Positions 1-21,300 of a stretch of 64,000 nt of DNA are shown here, in pieces. Origin of the DNA: Phaeosaccion multiseriatum (taxonomy: Eukaryota; Protista; Ochrophyta, other classes); the NCBI GenBank assembly GCA_965112735.1, contig OZ218952.1:434001-498000 (forward strand), in the 5' to 3' direction. How positions within the stretch are numbered: position 1 is the first letter of the stretch; each line of letters begins with the position of its first letter. The position numbers and the translations under genes were made by a program. The notes under the pieces were generated by a model. That model was not told the DNA's origin and did no database searches. It saw only the letters and a list, made by a program, of their open reading frames with translations.

Positions 1-139
1 AAAGGAAACCCTCCTTCCTCAAAGACACGTCTCATATGTATGTCTTTCTTCAGTCGCCTTGTTTTTTTGCCCCTTTCCCCTGGACACTGACACATGAATG
101 CACTGCCCTGCGTTGCCCGGCACTGCTCTGAATGTACAG

Positions 140-3100
140 ATCCGCGAACTGAAGGCCTTGCGTGACTCGCTGCACGAGGAGCTACGCGAGTGTCGAGAGA
201 GTGCCCGTTCGGACTTTGACGGGAAGCTCAGCCAGGAAGTGGCGAGGATCAGCAACCAGAGCAACAAGGAACTGGTGAGAGATGCATAGCATGTTGTATA
301 GTATATATATATATATGTGTGTGTGTGTATTATGTGTTTGTGTGTATATGGAGGGAGGAGAGAGAAGGTGGGATGAGTAGTGTGATGAGGACGAACCAAA
401 TGGAAACACTATGCTCTCTGTTTGCTGAAGAGGAGGAGGAGGAGGAGAGAAAGTTCCGTTTTTGTTTTTTTTTGCTTCGACGAGCCCGATTCACACTCCC
501 TCAAAGTCTCTCTCGTCTGCCTCCCGCACCTCTCCCCCCCGGCCTCTTGCCTCTCTCTCTCACTGGATGCCTCTCTCTCTCACTGCATGGCTCTCTCTCT
601 CTCACTGCATGCCTCTCTCTCTCTCTCTCTGGATGCACACACAGGCCGAGATCCGCGTGAGCAGCAGAGAGGTGTACGAGAGAGAGAACAGGGTGCTGCG
701 AGAGGGTCGCCAGGAGGCACTGGCAGAGACGCAGAGGTTGAGGGAGCAGCTCGCCAGCCTCTCCTCTTCGCATGAGGACCTTATTATGCGAGTCGCTAAG
801 GTAAAATGGGTGTTCGATTTTGGTGTTGGATATGTTCCATATTGTTGGTTTGGTCGATTTCGTCCTTCTTCCTGTTCGATTTTCGATATTTGTTGACCTG
901 CCCTCCTCTCGCATGAGAGTGGCTAAGGTAGGGTGGGGTAGGGTAGGGTGGGGTGGGGTGGGGTGAGGCGGGGTGGGGTGGGGCAGTGGCTCGGAAGTGC
1001 GTGGTGCATCTCTTGCTTATCGGTCCGGGCTCACTCGACAGCCACTCGCCTCACCCGGCTGTCTATCTATCTGTCTGCCTTTCTGCTTGTCTTTCTGTCT
1101 GCCTGTCTGTCTTCGTACATACCTTGTCTTGTTTTACCCACCCACCTACCCTACCCACCCACCCACCCACCCACCTACCCTAACCTACCCACCCCACCCA
1201 CCCACCTACCCTAACCTACCCTACCCACCCACCCACCTACCCTACCTACCCACCTACCCACCTACCCTACCCACCTACCCACCTACTCTACCCACCTACC
1301 CACCCACCTACCCTACCCTACCCACCCCACCCCACAACAGACGGAGGCTGCTCACGAGTCCGCGATGGGTGAGGTGCGATCAGAACTTCGCGTCAAGACC
1401 TTTGAACTGAGCCAGTTGGGGGTGTCGTTGGAGACGAGCAGCAGCAGCATGAGGAAGACAAAGCTTGAGGCAGACATGCTCAGGGAACAAGTCGAGGTGA
1501 GTTGATCACGCACTCACACACACACTTTCTTTGGCCGTCTGCCTTCGGCTGCACCCCCCCCCCCGCCGCGCATGGCTGTTGCTTGCATGCCTGCTAGCTT
1601 TCTTTGCTTGCTGGCTTCGCCTCCTTGCTTGCTTGCTTGCTTGCTTGTTGGCTTGCTGACTCCTTGCTTTGCTCACTTGCGTCCTTTACTTCCCCCGTTA
1701 CTTTCCTTTGCCTTCTTTTCCCTTTCCTTCTCTTCCCTTCGTGCTTCCTTTCCTCTCTTCGCTTCCTCCTTTGTTCCTTCCCTTCCCTTCCCTTCTCTTC
1801 TCTTCTCTTCGCTTCGCCACCTCCCCTCCAGGCCCACCGTGTGGAGTTCCTCAAGCTTCAAGCCGCCTCGGACAGGCAGCTTAGCGAGTTGCAAATCACA
1901 CTCGAGCACGAGAGAGCAAAGGTCAAGACCTTTGAGGAGCTCGAGTTGGAGCTGGACAGCGCTGTGGTCAGGGCAGGCCAGCACCTGGGGGAGGAGGGGG
2001 GAGGAGGAGCAGGAGAAGGAGGAGGAGGTGGTGGTGGCGGTGGTGGTGGTGGTGGAGGTCCAGTCGGACTGGGAATGGCAATGGATGTAGTGCCGACGTC
2101 TTCGCATCGGAGGGTGCGGCAGGCCATCTGCCTCGCGCATAAGCTCCTGCAGAAGGAGGGGGAGCTCGAGGACTGCAGCAAGAGACTCAAGGCTCAGCTC
2201 CAGCGGTGTGTATGTGTGCATGTGTGTGTGTGTGCGTGTGTGCGTGTGTGTAGGTGCGTCTGAGTCTGCTCACTCCCAACTAAGTCACACGACTTGATGA
2301 CTTACTTGTGTCCAGCCCCTGATGGCGCTACTCTCCTCTCTCTCTCTGCTCTGATAGGAACTCTGAACTGGAGAAGCGTGCCGCACACGTGGAACGTCAG
2401 CTCGGAAACGCAAAGCAGCCCACCAAGTACATGGTACGATAAGGGAGGGAAGGGACGTGTCCCATTGAGAGGGTAGGGTAGGGTAGGGTAGGGGAGGGAG
2501 GGAGGGAAGGAGGGAGGGAAGGAGAGAGTGGGAAAGGGGGAGGAAGGGATGGAGAGGGATGGGGGGTGTGAGAGAGAGGGGGGGGGGAGAGGGATGAGAG
2601 AGGGTGGCGGAGGGAGGGACAGAAGAGGGAGAGGGATGGGGAGAGGGGGGAGAAGGGAGGAACAGAGGGAGATGGTGCGCCAATCGAGATGTGCCTGGCC
2701 ACCCATACGCCTGCACATAGACCTACCTGCCCATGTGTCTGCCCTTCCCGTATAACCAACTCCCCCCTCCGGTCACAGGTGGACACAATTCGAGACCGAG
2801 AAGGCGAGATTGAAGCGCTCAAGGCCCAGCGAGAGAGGCTGCAGAGTAAACTCGCGCAACAGCAGCAAGCCAAAAGGTGAGACCCGCTCCCGCACCCCTT
2901 TCTCCATAGCCCAATAGTCCCCGTGTTGGTGCTTCGCCTCGTCGCCTACGAAGCCCGTTCCACATCATGCCTCTCCCTCCCTTAGGCGATTCCTATATTA
3001 TGCCAATACTCTTCCCCTCCCCCTCCCTCCCTTAGGCGATTCCTATATTACGTCAATACTCTTCCCCTCCCCCTCCCCCTCCCTCTCCGTCCTATCGAAA

Positions 3101-3184
3101 CGAGGCGATACCCACTCAGGCAGCGCGCCCCCTCTCTTTCCGTGCTGTTCCCCCTCCATGTGCCGTCCCCTCCCTCCCTCCTCC

Positions 3185-3234
<50 letters not shown>

Positions 3235-4041
3235 TCCTCCTCCAAACAGAGAGGCAGTGGCGGAGAGGGAGGAGATGCAGCACGAGTTGGCGACGATGAT
3301 GAGCAGCAGAGACGACTTACGCCGCCTCAGAGACACGCTCCGAGTCATGCAGGAGAGAGAGAGGGCCGACAACGCATCAGCAGCAGCAGGGGGTGGTAGT
3401 GGTGGTGGAGCAGCAGCGGCGGCTGCGGCAGCGGCGGCAGCGATTGCGCAAGCTGCAGCAGGACTCGCGGGCGGGGGGGGGCAGGGGTTTCCCTTCCCTC
3501 ATGTTTCGACAGGAGCTGCGCCGATGGTGGGTTGAAATGGTTGAAATGCTTTAATGCTTTGAAATACTTGCAAGCAATAGCTAGGGGGCCTTTCTTTCTC
3601 CTTGTTCTTTCTCTCTGTCACTTGTGTGCCTTGTCTCCTTGCCTAAAAACAGTCTCCCCCTCTCTCACGCTCTTCCTCTCACTGTCTGCTCTCTTGCCCC
3701 TCTCGTCTACTTGTCTCTGCCCTCTGCCCCTCCCTCATGTCTGACTGCCTTCTGCCTCTCTTTCTCTCTCATCGCCCTCTTCCATCTCTCACCGTTCTCC
3801 TCCCCTCCCCTCCCCTCCCTCCTCGTTCCCCGTATTTGTTCTCCTCTCCTTCCCCCTCCCTCCCTCCCTCCCTCTCCCTCTTCTCCTCCCTCTGCCGCAC
3901 GTGGCTTCTGCTTGACAGGGATTCATGTCGGGCACGGACTCGACGTTACATGCCCAGATGTTGACGCACAGAGGGAGGCAGGGAGGAGCAGTCACGGCAG
4001 GAGGGGAGGGCGCGCCTAAGTGGTACAGAGCGGCTGCATAG
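140..4041 (+). CDS. PIBF1: Progesterone-induced-blocking factor 1 / CEP90 homologue (coiled-coil centriolar protein), 5' end outside window
   Basis: GT-AG exons at about 140-274, 645-800, 1341-1496, 1832-2205, 2358-2433, 2779-2876, 3250-3526 and 3919-4041 join in frame. The motifs REVYERENRVLRE, LRVKTFE, FEELELELD, VPTSSHRRVRQAICLAHKLLQ and KQPTKYMVDTIRDR match PIBF1 as recalled (REMYERENRNLRE, VPTTAKRRLKQSVHLA, QQPYRYL). The last exon (ending PKWYRAAA*) is less certain; an alternative stop lies at 3535. Confidence 0.85.
2973..3072. repeat. ~49-bp tandem duplication in a PIBF1 intron
   Basis: ctccctcccttaggcgattcctatatta(t/c)g(c/t)caatactcttcccctcccc occurs twice in tandem. Confidence 0.85.
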
Positions 4042-4052
4042 CATAGCCGGGG

Positions 4053-4106
<54 letters not shown>

Positions 4107-4266
4107 CAGCGCAGCAGTAGAGAAGCCAGGGAACGCGGGCGGAGCAAGGGGGAGCAGAGCAGCGCAGCGCACCAGGGGAGCAGGGCAGCGGATCGAAGCT
4201 GCCGAAACAACTTGGTTTTCTAAGTGGCGTGCAGCGTTTTGGAGATTGCGTAGAGAAAGAGAGAGC

Positions 4267-4316
<50 letters not shown>

Positions 4317-5292
4317 AGGAGAGAGACTACTGAGAGGCAGAGGCTGACGGGCACCACCCGTCGCTTGTTGCATGTACGCACATCGTGCGCTCTCTTGTAA
4401 TATATATATATATTATATATATATATATATATTATTAAAAAAAAAGTAATATATATATATATAAAAATAAAAAATGAGAAAAGGGATAAAAACTAAATAT
4501 CTAGTTGTAAGAAAAAGGGGGACTGATACAATGTAGTTTTCCCGAGGACCGGGAATCCCGAACGTAGGTAGAGCACGTGCGAAATTAGTCTGTCTCCAGC
4601 TGAACAGGATCGGCAAGCCCAATACATGAAAGGGCTGGACAACAGCATCGTGTAAGAGAGGTACCCCAGAGGTAGCAGGTAGCATGTGGAAAATTTTGGT
4701 TTTGGAGAGCACTTGCGGGGGCGATGGCAAAAGTCGGGTTGTGGACAGCACGCACGGCACACACACACACAAGCGAGGGTATGGCAGTAGCAATGATTGT
4801 ATTGTCAGCAGCAGGGGAGCCGTCACTGACATTATAATGGTAGTTTCGTTTCAATAGAAGAGAGAAGAAGAAAACGGGGAAAGGTTCCCCCCCCCTTTCT
4901 TCTTTGGAGTTAAGATCTTAATTATTAGAAAAAAATAATAAATACTTCGTAGTATTAAAACACACACTATTTTCTATTTTTCTCCTAACCTGCAAACGTA
5001 GAGAAACGCTTTGACGTGTTTGCTTTCGTCTCCCTCCTCCTGTGCCCTGCTTGTTGGGCAGGGCAGGGGAGGACAGGACAGGACAGGCAGGACAGGCACC
5101 CAGCCAAGACACCGGACAGGCATTCACAATTCACAAATGGCGGCTGGACCTACAACGCATACCGACGTATCTACACATAAACCTCACCCAATCGAATCAT
5201 CGTCATCATCATCATCCTCACCCAATTGAATCATCATCATCATCATCATCATCGTCATCATCATCATCCTCACCCAATCGAATCATCATCAC

Positions 5293-5328
<36 letters not shown>

Positions 5329-5349
5329 ATCCCCCCTCTAAAAGCACTC

Positions 5350-12939
<7,590 letters not shown>

Positions 12940-13228
12940 TGTGAGGGAGTCGAAGGCCTTCCCCGTCGTAGCGCCACGGTGCTCTCTTCCTTTGCTGCTG
13001 CTCCCTAACTCGCCTTATTACTCGTTGTGCTTGGCTTGCGTCCTTCCCCTCGGTCGAATTTCCCGCGGTTAACGCGAGGCGCGGATTTCCGAACTGTCAT
13101 GAGCGGATGGCACCCACCCCCCCCATCCCCATACCTTAAATCATCTTCCGCGTTGGGGTAGGACGTAGCCTCAACCCAGCTCTTCTTTCTCTTGTCTTTC
13201 TTGAGTAGGAGAGAACTCGCTTTGCGCG

Positions 13229-14464
13229 ATGCGTCTCTCTCTCCTCCTTCTATTGTCATCCACCTCTCATGTTCATGGGTTTGTCTCGCAGCCTTGCCTC
13301 GTCGGCCTACGGCCCAGCGGTGACAGGAAAGTCGCCCTCTGGGCTGGGGGCTTTGGGCCGGCAGCAGGTGCGATGTCGTTGGAGGGATTGGTTGGCTGTG
13401 GCTTCGCTCACCCCACTTTCATTTCCTTCTTGTGTCGTGCTTTGTCTGCAGGAGGCGGCGGGAAGAAGGTGCCCAAAGAAGGCAAGAAGCAAGGCAGCAA
13501 AGCTACTCGCAAGAGGAAATCGCCGTCCTGGGCAGATGTGGGTGATTTCGAACAGCCACAGGGGGGGACAGCATCAGCAGCAGCATCAGCAGCAGTGGCC
13601 AAAACCGCTGGCTCCGTGAAGAGCTTACTCGACAATGATGCCATGGAAAGACAAGCGAGGGGGGCAGAAGAAGGCGCTGCTGGAGACGCGTCCTCAGTAG
13701 AAAAGCAGGTCATTGAGTCACGTGCTGGTAAACTCTTGTTTAGGTTTCATGCTTTACCCTTTCTCATGCTTCGCCCCTTTCTTTTGGCAGAGGGTTGAGT
13801 GCAGAGAATGAGTGTGCGTAGAAGTCGATACGGAGATACGCAGTCAGCTCCCTCAGTCGCGAACTCACAAAGAGCTTCACGCTCCCTTCTCCACCCGCCC
13901 CCACCGCAGTTCCCTCCGCGCACGCCAGCGGTCCTCCGGCCAATGTCTTCTGCCCCTGCCTCACTCCAGTCCGCCGTGGCCGCTCGACTGCCCAGCGTGG
14001 ACCTGTCCTACGCCGGTATGCACTGGGCTAACGCCGACCCTCCCGTGCTTGTTGTCAAAGACTTCTTCACGCCAGAGGAGTGCGATAGATACGTGGCCAT
14101 GACCACCGCTTCCTCTAAAGACGGCGGTGATGGTGGTGATGATAGTGGCAGCGAGCAGGTTGAGTCCAAGACCTTCTCCGCCTTCACTTCGGGCCACAGA
14201 AAAAGCTCCACCTGGTTCATGCAGTACAAGAAGGTGAGCAAGATACGATAGGACAGCCAGTGAGTCACTAGTCAAGGACTCACTTGCACACTCAGTCACT
14301 CACTCATTGGCTCACGTACGCTTTCACTCACTCACTTACGCACTCACTTACGCACTCACTCGTTCGCTCACTCGATCACTCGCTCACTGACTCAATCTCC
14401 CTCCTACACAGGTCCCCGAGCTTCTCAGCAAAGTCCAGCGACTCGTGGGTAAGTGTCTGATCTA

Positions 14465-14497
<33 letters not shown>

Positions 14498-15527
14498 ATT
14501 CTTACTTACTTCCTCACTTACTTCTACACAGAGATCCTTATTTACCGCACACACACAGCCCCCTTCTTACTCCCCCCCCCTTCCTGCTGCTGTGTGGCCT
14601 CGCTTGTGGCTCTTACGTGTGCGTGATTGTGTGTGTGTGTCGGTCTGTGTGCATGTGTGCATGTGTGCATGTGTGTTTGCATGTGTGCGTGAACAACCCA
14701 AAGGCCTAAGCATCGACCACTTCGAGGAGCCCCAGTTAGTGCGATATCGTACGGGAGACAGATTTATGTGGCACGAAGACGCTCTGCCTACCTCCCAGCT
14801 GAGGGGGGACGGATCGGACGGCGGGCAGAGGCTTGCGACAGTTCTCGTCTATCTCAATGATGTGGAGACCGGGGGGGCGACGGCTTTCCAGGTGAGAGGA
14901 GGGAATGGCAGTGGATGGGGGGAGGAGAGAGGATGGTAGTGGATGAGGAGAGAATGGGGAGAGGAGAGGAGAGGAGAGGGGAGGAGAAGAGAAAGTGGCA
15001 GTGTGTGGGTGGGGGGATAGGAGGGGAGGAGGACGAGGAGAAGAGAGCCAATGTGTTGGGTCGATCGATCGATGGATGGATAGCCTCTCCCGACGAGATT
15101 TGACGCCACCCTCCACCAACCCACCAATCCCCCCACCGACCCACCCTAAACCTCCCACCCTTACCTTCCCGCCCCACCCAACCACCCAACCTCGGATCCA
15201 CACACCACACCCCGCCACTACTACACCACCACCACAGGAGCTCGGGATGTCCGTGCAGCCGGAGAAGGGAAAGGCGCTTCTCTTCTTCCCCGCTCTGCAG
15301 ACAGGCGCCAACGATGCACGCACCATACACGCAGGTAAGGAAAGGGGAGGGGAGGCAAGGGAAAAGGCATGACGTCATGATGACATGTACTGACTGACAG
15401 GGGGAGGGCCTGGGACGCTGGTCTGGTCGCCGTGGGGTGGGGTAGGGTGGGTAGGGTGGGGTGGGGTGGGCTCAACCGCGAGTGGCCTCACTTTCTTTCT
15501 GTCAAGTCCGGATGCGGGGTGTGAGTG

Positions 15528-15570
<43 letters not shown>

Positions 15571-15820
15571 CTGTGGAAGAGAAGAGCGCTGTGTTGCACG
15601 GCTTCTCTCGTCACTTCATTTTGGAGTGAGCTGCTTACCTCTTCCCGTCCTGTCTGTCTGTGTGTCTGTCTGTGTGTCTGTCTGTCTGTCTGTCTGTCTG
15701 TGTGTCTGTCTGTCTGTCTGTCTGTGTGTCTGTCTGTCTGTCTGTCCATGTGTCTCTCTTGTCTCTCTGTGTGTCTCCTTCGTCTTCTGGTCGGCAATGA
15801 TGATGATGTCTTGATGCTAT

Positions 15821-15879
<59 letters not shown>

Positions 15880-16048
15880 TGGATGACTATCCTCAGGCGA
15901 GTTCGCGATGGACACAAAGTACATTGCGCAGATTTGGGTGCACGAGTCGGCCTACCCCGCCGCCATTCCTGCCGGCAACAGACAAGCCGACGCGCTGCAG
16001 CTCGTGGAGGCGTACCGGGCAGAGCACGAGGAGGGGCAGCAGCAGTAG
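13229..16048 (+). CDS. Prolyl 4-hydroxylase-like 2OG-Fe(II) oxygenase, probably plastid-targeted
   Basis: Presequence MRLSLLLLLSSTSHVHG^FV. Spliced motifs DPPVLVVKDFFTPEECD, RKSSTWF, EEPQLVRYRTGDRFMWHEDAL (HxD), GQRLATVLVYLNDVETGGATAF, TIHAG and KYIAQIWVH. Stop TAG at 16046-16048. Confidence 0.88.
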
Positions 16049-16856
16049 CAGCAGTTGGTGATACAGGAGTAGTGGTAGCGGCAGCAGTAGCAACAGGTGT
16101 TACGGCGGGGACGTGCCCACTGCCACCCACTGACTTACTGTTAGTAGGTGTGTGTGTGGTGTCAGATTAGTCACCTCCGGGGAAGTGCCCGTGCAAGTAC
16201 GTAAGTAAGTTACGTACCAACTTCCACCGGGTACAGCGGAGCACGATACGGAAGCGCAGGAGCTAGGAAAGAGGTGCTTAGGGAGCCCCTCAAACAGCAC
16301 AACGACAGCACATCGACAGCACAGCGACAGCACAGCGACTTGGATCGATGGCACGTGATGGATGGGTGGGTAGATGGCCCTGGATGGAGGGGAGCCGCTG
16401 GCGTGTCACTTCTATTACTCCACACCCATCGCCCCACCACGCACACGGGTTGAGGGGGGGGGGGGGGGCAGAGTGAGCACAGCGCGGAGAGAAAACATAC
16501 ACACAGCACAGCACACAGCACAGCAGTTGGTTGATAACGGTACAGAAGTTGGTGATACAGCACCGTTTGGAGTCTCTCTCTCTCTCTTTGAAGGCTGCTG
16601 CTGGGATGTGGGGAATACGAGAGACTCAAATTCCCTTGCAGAGGACTGGACTGACTGACTGACGAGTGTTTGGCTGATTCACTGACTCATTCAGTGATTG
16701 ACTCATTGACTGACTGATATCGAGCGACGACCTCCCTCCCGTCTTGCTCTCTCTTGCTCTTGCCGACGGTGGACACGGAAGAGAGAGTTGCGGTGGCGCC
16801 GAGAGGGCAGCGATGAGCACCACCACCACCACCACCACCACCACCACCACCACCAC

Positions 16857-16894
<38 letters not shown>

Positions 16895-17493
16895 GCAGCA
16901 GCAAGAGTAACAGCAGCGCGCGCAGGCACATATGACTGCGTGTGGGCAGTGGGCAGGTGTTGTCAGTCATTTTTTGCATCACCCATAGCTTATTACAAGT
17001 ATTGACTTTCAAAACATGCACAAAGACTCAGTGCGTCACCACCTTGTGGAAAAGGAATATGTTATTTATATGCCGTTGACTCGTCTTGGCAAGCAATCTC
17101 TCCGTCTCCTACCGCGTCTGCACGCAAAGTGAACAAATAGTTAAAAGGCGTTAAAAAAGCACACCTGACCAAGAAGAAATAGAGGGGGTCGAACGGAGTC
17201 AACCCTCCTTCCTTCCTTCCTTCCTTCCTTCCTTCCCTCCGTCCGTCCTTCTCACTGCTGCTCCCTCACTCCCGCCACTCTCCCATCTCTTCCCCTCCCT
17301 TTGCGCGGGTCACGAACGATAACCTACTGCTCTCCTCTTTCTCTCCTCTCCTCTCCACCCCCCCCCCGCCCCCCCGCCCCACCCCCCCCACCATTACTTT
17401 TTATTCACAAAAAACAAACACCGCAGCGCGTAAGAAAACGCGCGTTGCGTCCCCACCCCACCATCCCGAGGTGATTGAATTGATGCGTATCCC

Positions 17494-17557
17494 TTCAACA
17501 GATTCTGCTCCGTTTCAACAGATTCTGCTCCGCTCCGTTTCAACTGATTCTGCTCCG
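17494..17557. repeat. Short tandem repeat TTCAAC(A/T)GATTCTGCTCCG x3
   Basis: Three near-identical ~20-bp copies in intergenic DNA. Confidence 0.8.
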
Positions 17558-18382
17558 AGTGATAGAAATCAATCAACTACTCACAATTTGCGTTCCGTAC
17601 TGCTGGGCAGATCCGTATGTCTGTCAAACTGCCGTCGTGGTGTCGGTTCGCTGTACCATGTTTGTTCTCTAACTGTGCTGCCTAATGCTGCTCAACTAAC
17701 TACTGTCAGCCCCCCCCCCCCCCCCACCCACCCACTCCGCCCCTCGCCTCTCCCCACCTGCTAATACCACACGTCACACTTCGCACCCTTGCAGAGGCTT
17801 GAGGATGGCGAAACGCCCTCTCCCCCACCCACCCAATCCCCCTTCTCTCTATACACATCATTCCGCCTGCTGTGGGCGTCCGAGTGCTCCCTTTCGAGTT
17901 GCTCTCACTCTCTCACTCTCACTCTCTCGCCCCACGCCTTGAGTACACACCCATCCTGTCCCCTCCTGTCCTGATACCTCGTACCCCGTGTCCTGACTGA
18001 CACCCTATCCTTGTGCTGACAAACCCTCCCCCTCTGCCAACAGAAATCAAAAACCCTCTTTCCATGCATGCATGCACGCACGCACGCACGCACGCACGTA
18101 CACAAGTCGAGCATCGCTGTCGTCCCTCAGGGATTCGTATGGTCACTCAGCGACCTTCACTCGAGGGCGCCTCTCTTCTCCACCATCCCCTCTCGTCGGA
18201 CCAAAGCTCAAAAGCCTCTCTCCCATCACAGCCGCTTGAAAGAGAAGAGGAGCACCTGAGTTCCGACCAGACCTCCTCCTCGTCCTCGTCCTCCTCCTCC
18301 TCCTCCTCGGTCTCCTCCTTCCATTCTCCTCCTCCGTCTCCTCCCATCTTCTTCTTCTTCCTCCTCCTCCTCCTCCTCCTCC

Positions 18383-21300
18383 TCATATAACTCCAACGAG
18401 GTGTGCTACACCCTTGCCGAAAAGCACATCGAGCAAGAGGGACCCCACCGCAATCCCGCTGAGCAACTGATTGCGAGACTCGGCCTTGTTGAGACCGGAG
18501 CCCAAGTCATCACTCTCCAAGTCCACATTGTTTTGTGTGCATGCCTCGCTGATGCTGATGCTGGGCTCCCCGAGCGCCTCGACACAGAGGTCGGCGAGAT
18601 CGTCGAGAAAGGTGGGATCAGTGTTGAGGGCAGGGACTCGTCTCCATGCGCTGTGTAGAGGAGGGGAGAGGGTATAGGGGCGGCAGCAGTTGATGATGCA
18701 TCAGCAGCAGGGGGCAGGGGGGGGGGTAGAGGGTTGTTGTCAGTTCCAGTGCCACAGGAGCTCAAAGGCAAAACAAAGGGGGGCAATGCCGCAAGTCTGG
18801 AGGAGGTCAAACGCAAAAGAAATGACAACAGACTTTCGGTCCTATCATTAAGCACTTGCCAGCCTCCTCTCCTCACTCCCCCTTCCCCTCCTCCTCCCTC
18901 TCTCTCTCTCCCTTCCACCCCCCCTCCCTCTCTCTCTCCCTCCTCCTCCTCCTCCTCCTCCTCCTCCTCCTCCTCCTCCTCCTCCTGTGTCTGTCTGTCT
19001 GTCTATCTATCCGCCCTCGCCCTCGCACTCACACACTCGCACTTGTGCACTACTCACATGATGCCATTCTCCTCCGCAAGCTCCTTGTATTCCATGTCGA
19101 TCTCCTCAAGCGTTTCAATGTGCTCGCTCACAAACGAAATGGGCACCACCACAAGGTTCTTCACCCCCTTCTCTCCGAGGTCCACAATGACATCCTCTGT
19201 GTACGGCTTGATCCACTCGATGGGCCCCACCCTACTCTGGTAGCTGAGATGTGTCGTCACCTCGGAGCCATGCACTGCCTCGTACTCCTTGCGCACCATC
19301 TCGACACAGTCCTCAATCTGCTTCTGATAAGGGTCTCCTACGTCAATGTAGCTCTGGGGCACCCCGTGAGCGCTAAACAGGACGTGCAGCCCCTCCTTTC
19401 TCTGCTCGGCGCTGTACGAGTCAAGTTCCTTGCTTATGAGGGCGGATACAGCTCGCACGTAGCCCGGTCTGTTGTACCAGGCGGGGATGACTGTGTGTCG
19501 CACATTCTGTGGTCCCCATTGGCCAGCCTGTGCAGTGAGTGACAAAGGAAGCAGGAGGGTGAGGGTAGGGGGGGGGGGGGGGGAGGGAAGGAAAGGGGGG
19601 GGATGGGGAGGGGAGGGAAGGGGAGTGGAAGGGAGGGGGGGGGGGAGGCATGGCAGTGGATGGGATGGGATGGGATGCGAAGGGAAGGGAAGAGAGAAGG
19701 GAAGGGACATCAGTACACAAACCACAAGAAGGGGGTGATGACGACATCAAGCGGTGGACTTCATATTCTCAGACATTATCCATCGTATTCCTTCCAGTGT
19801 GAAAGAAGAAATGAAGAAAAAAGAAAGGAAGGAAGGAAGGAAGAAAGGGTCTGTAGGAGCGGAGGTGGTGCTCAGAGGGATAACTGGCAAAAATTGAGTA
19901 TCGCCCATTCAGTATTTTACTGTCAAGAGACGTCAAGTCATGATTCATCACCGCACACCTCCAGGAAGAACAACAACAAACCCTTCCTTCCTTCCTTCCT
20001 TACGCCATCATCACATTAAAACACACACTTTCTATGCACAGATGATACACAAGTCTTCTTCACACAATACAGTTTCCAGTTTCAAGTTTCTTGTGACCTT
20101 CTTATCAACTCCCAGCAATGACCAATACCGAAGCTTCCAAAAGCAAAGCACGCCGAGACCCTTACGATACACCGTCGACACACACGTCAACACAGAGGCT
20201 CCTTGTTCCGAACCCCAACCCCCCCCAAACACACATACATACGTATTTCGTAGATTGATTCCTAGAAGTCAATGAAGAGCCCCCACCCTTCCCCTCCCCC
20301 CTGGCGGTTCAGAGCGTCAAAACTGCCCCATGCATGTATGCATGAATGACACGCAGCTCAAGCTATGCTTCTATAGCATGCCCTTACACCTCGCACACCC
20401 CTCACACACACCTCACACACACACACCCTCACTCACTCATCCACGCACGCACTCACATCTTTGAGGAAGATCTCCCTGAGCAGTCTCAAGCTTGAGCCGC
20501 TGGTGGAGATGCTGAACTGAGGGTAGAGAGGAAGCACCACGAGCGTGTTGATGTCGTCCTTCTTCATCTCGCTAAGCGCCTGCTCCGTGAAGGGGTGCCA
20601 GTACCGCATGGCCACGTACGCCTTGGCGCCCGTCAGGCCTGTTTTTGTTTGTGTGTGTGTTTATTGTTGTTGATCCGATCCAATCCGATCGATGCGACGG
20701 CGGCGGCGAGGGGTGAGGCGAGAGGGGCAGGGGGGGTGGGTGGGGTGAGGGACGGTAAAGAAGAGAGAGGGAGAAGGGAGAGGGAGAGCGAAGACTCACG
20801 CACGCGCACACACGCATACATGCAGTAAACGACCGTGTAACGCACAAAAGTATGAGAGGCTGGTTGCGATTGAGGGGTTTTTAAAGGCTTGGGTTGCGAC
20901 AAGAGAGCAAGCAGATGCAGAAAGCGCCTCCTCCCTCTCTCTTCCCTTCCCTTGCCTCGCCTTCTCCTCCTTCCCTCCCTCACTCACTCACTCACTCACT
21001 CACCCACTCCCTCCCTCATTCACTCACTAACGCACTCACGCACTCACCTTTCTCACGTAGCCTGTCCTCCAACCCCTTCCCCTGTGCCCTGGTGTACCTC
21101 ACGATAGGGCTGCCGCCTCCGATGGACTCGTACGCCGCCCTACTCTTCGGGGCCCGTCGGGAGCTTAAGAAGCGAGCAAGGGGGGCTTGGATCACACTCA
21201 AGATGGGCGGCAGGCGGATGATGTCCTGGGGAGAGAAGAGACCGCGGAAGAACCGACCGAATGAAAGGGGGGGGGTGGGAGGACCGTATGCGCATCACAG

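Noticed and set aside
4500-4830. Possible snRNA (Sm-like AATTTTGG at ~4691) or Helitron end
   Set aside because: No recognisable U1/U2/U4/U5/U6, SRP or RNase P/MRP motif and no convincing terminal hairpin; an Infernal/Rfam search would be needed.
16200-18380. Hidden gene between P4H and ferrochelatase
   Set aside because: The ORFs are low-complexity and no coherent spliced protein could be built; a UTR or lncRNA cannot be excluded.
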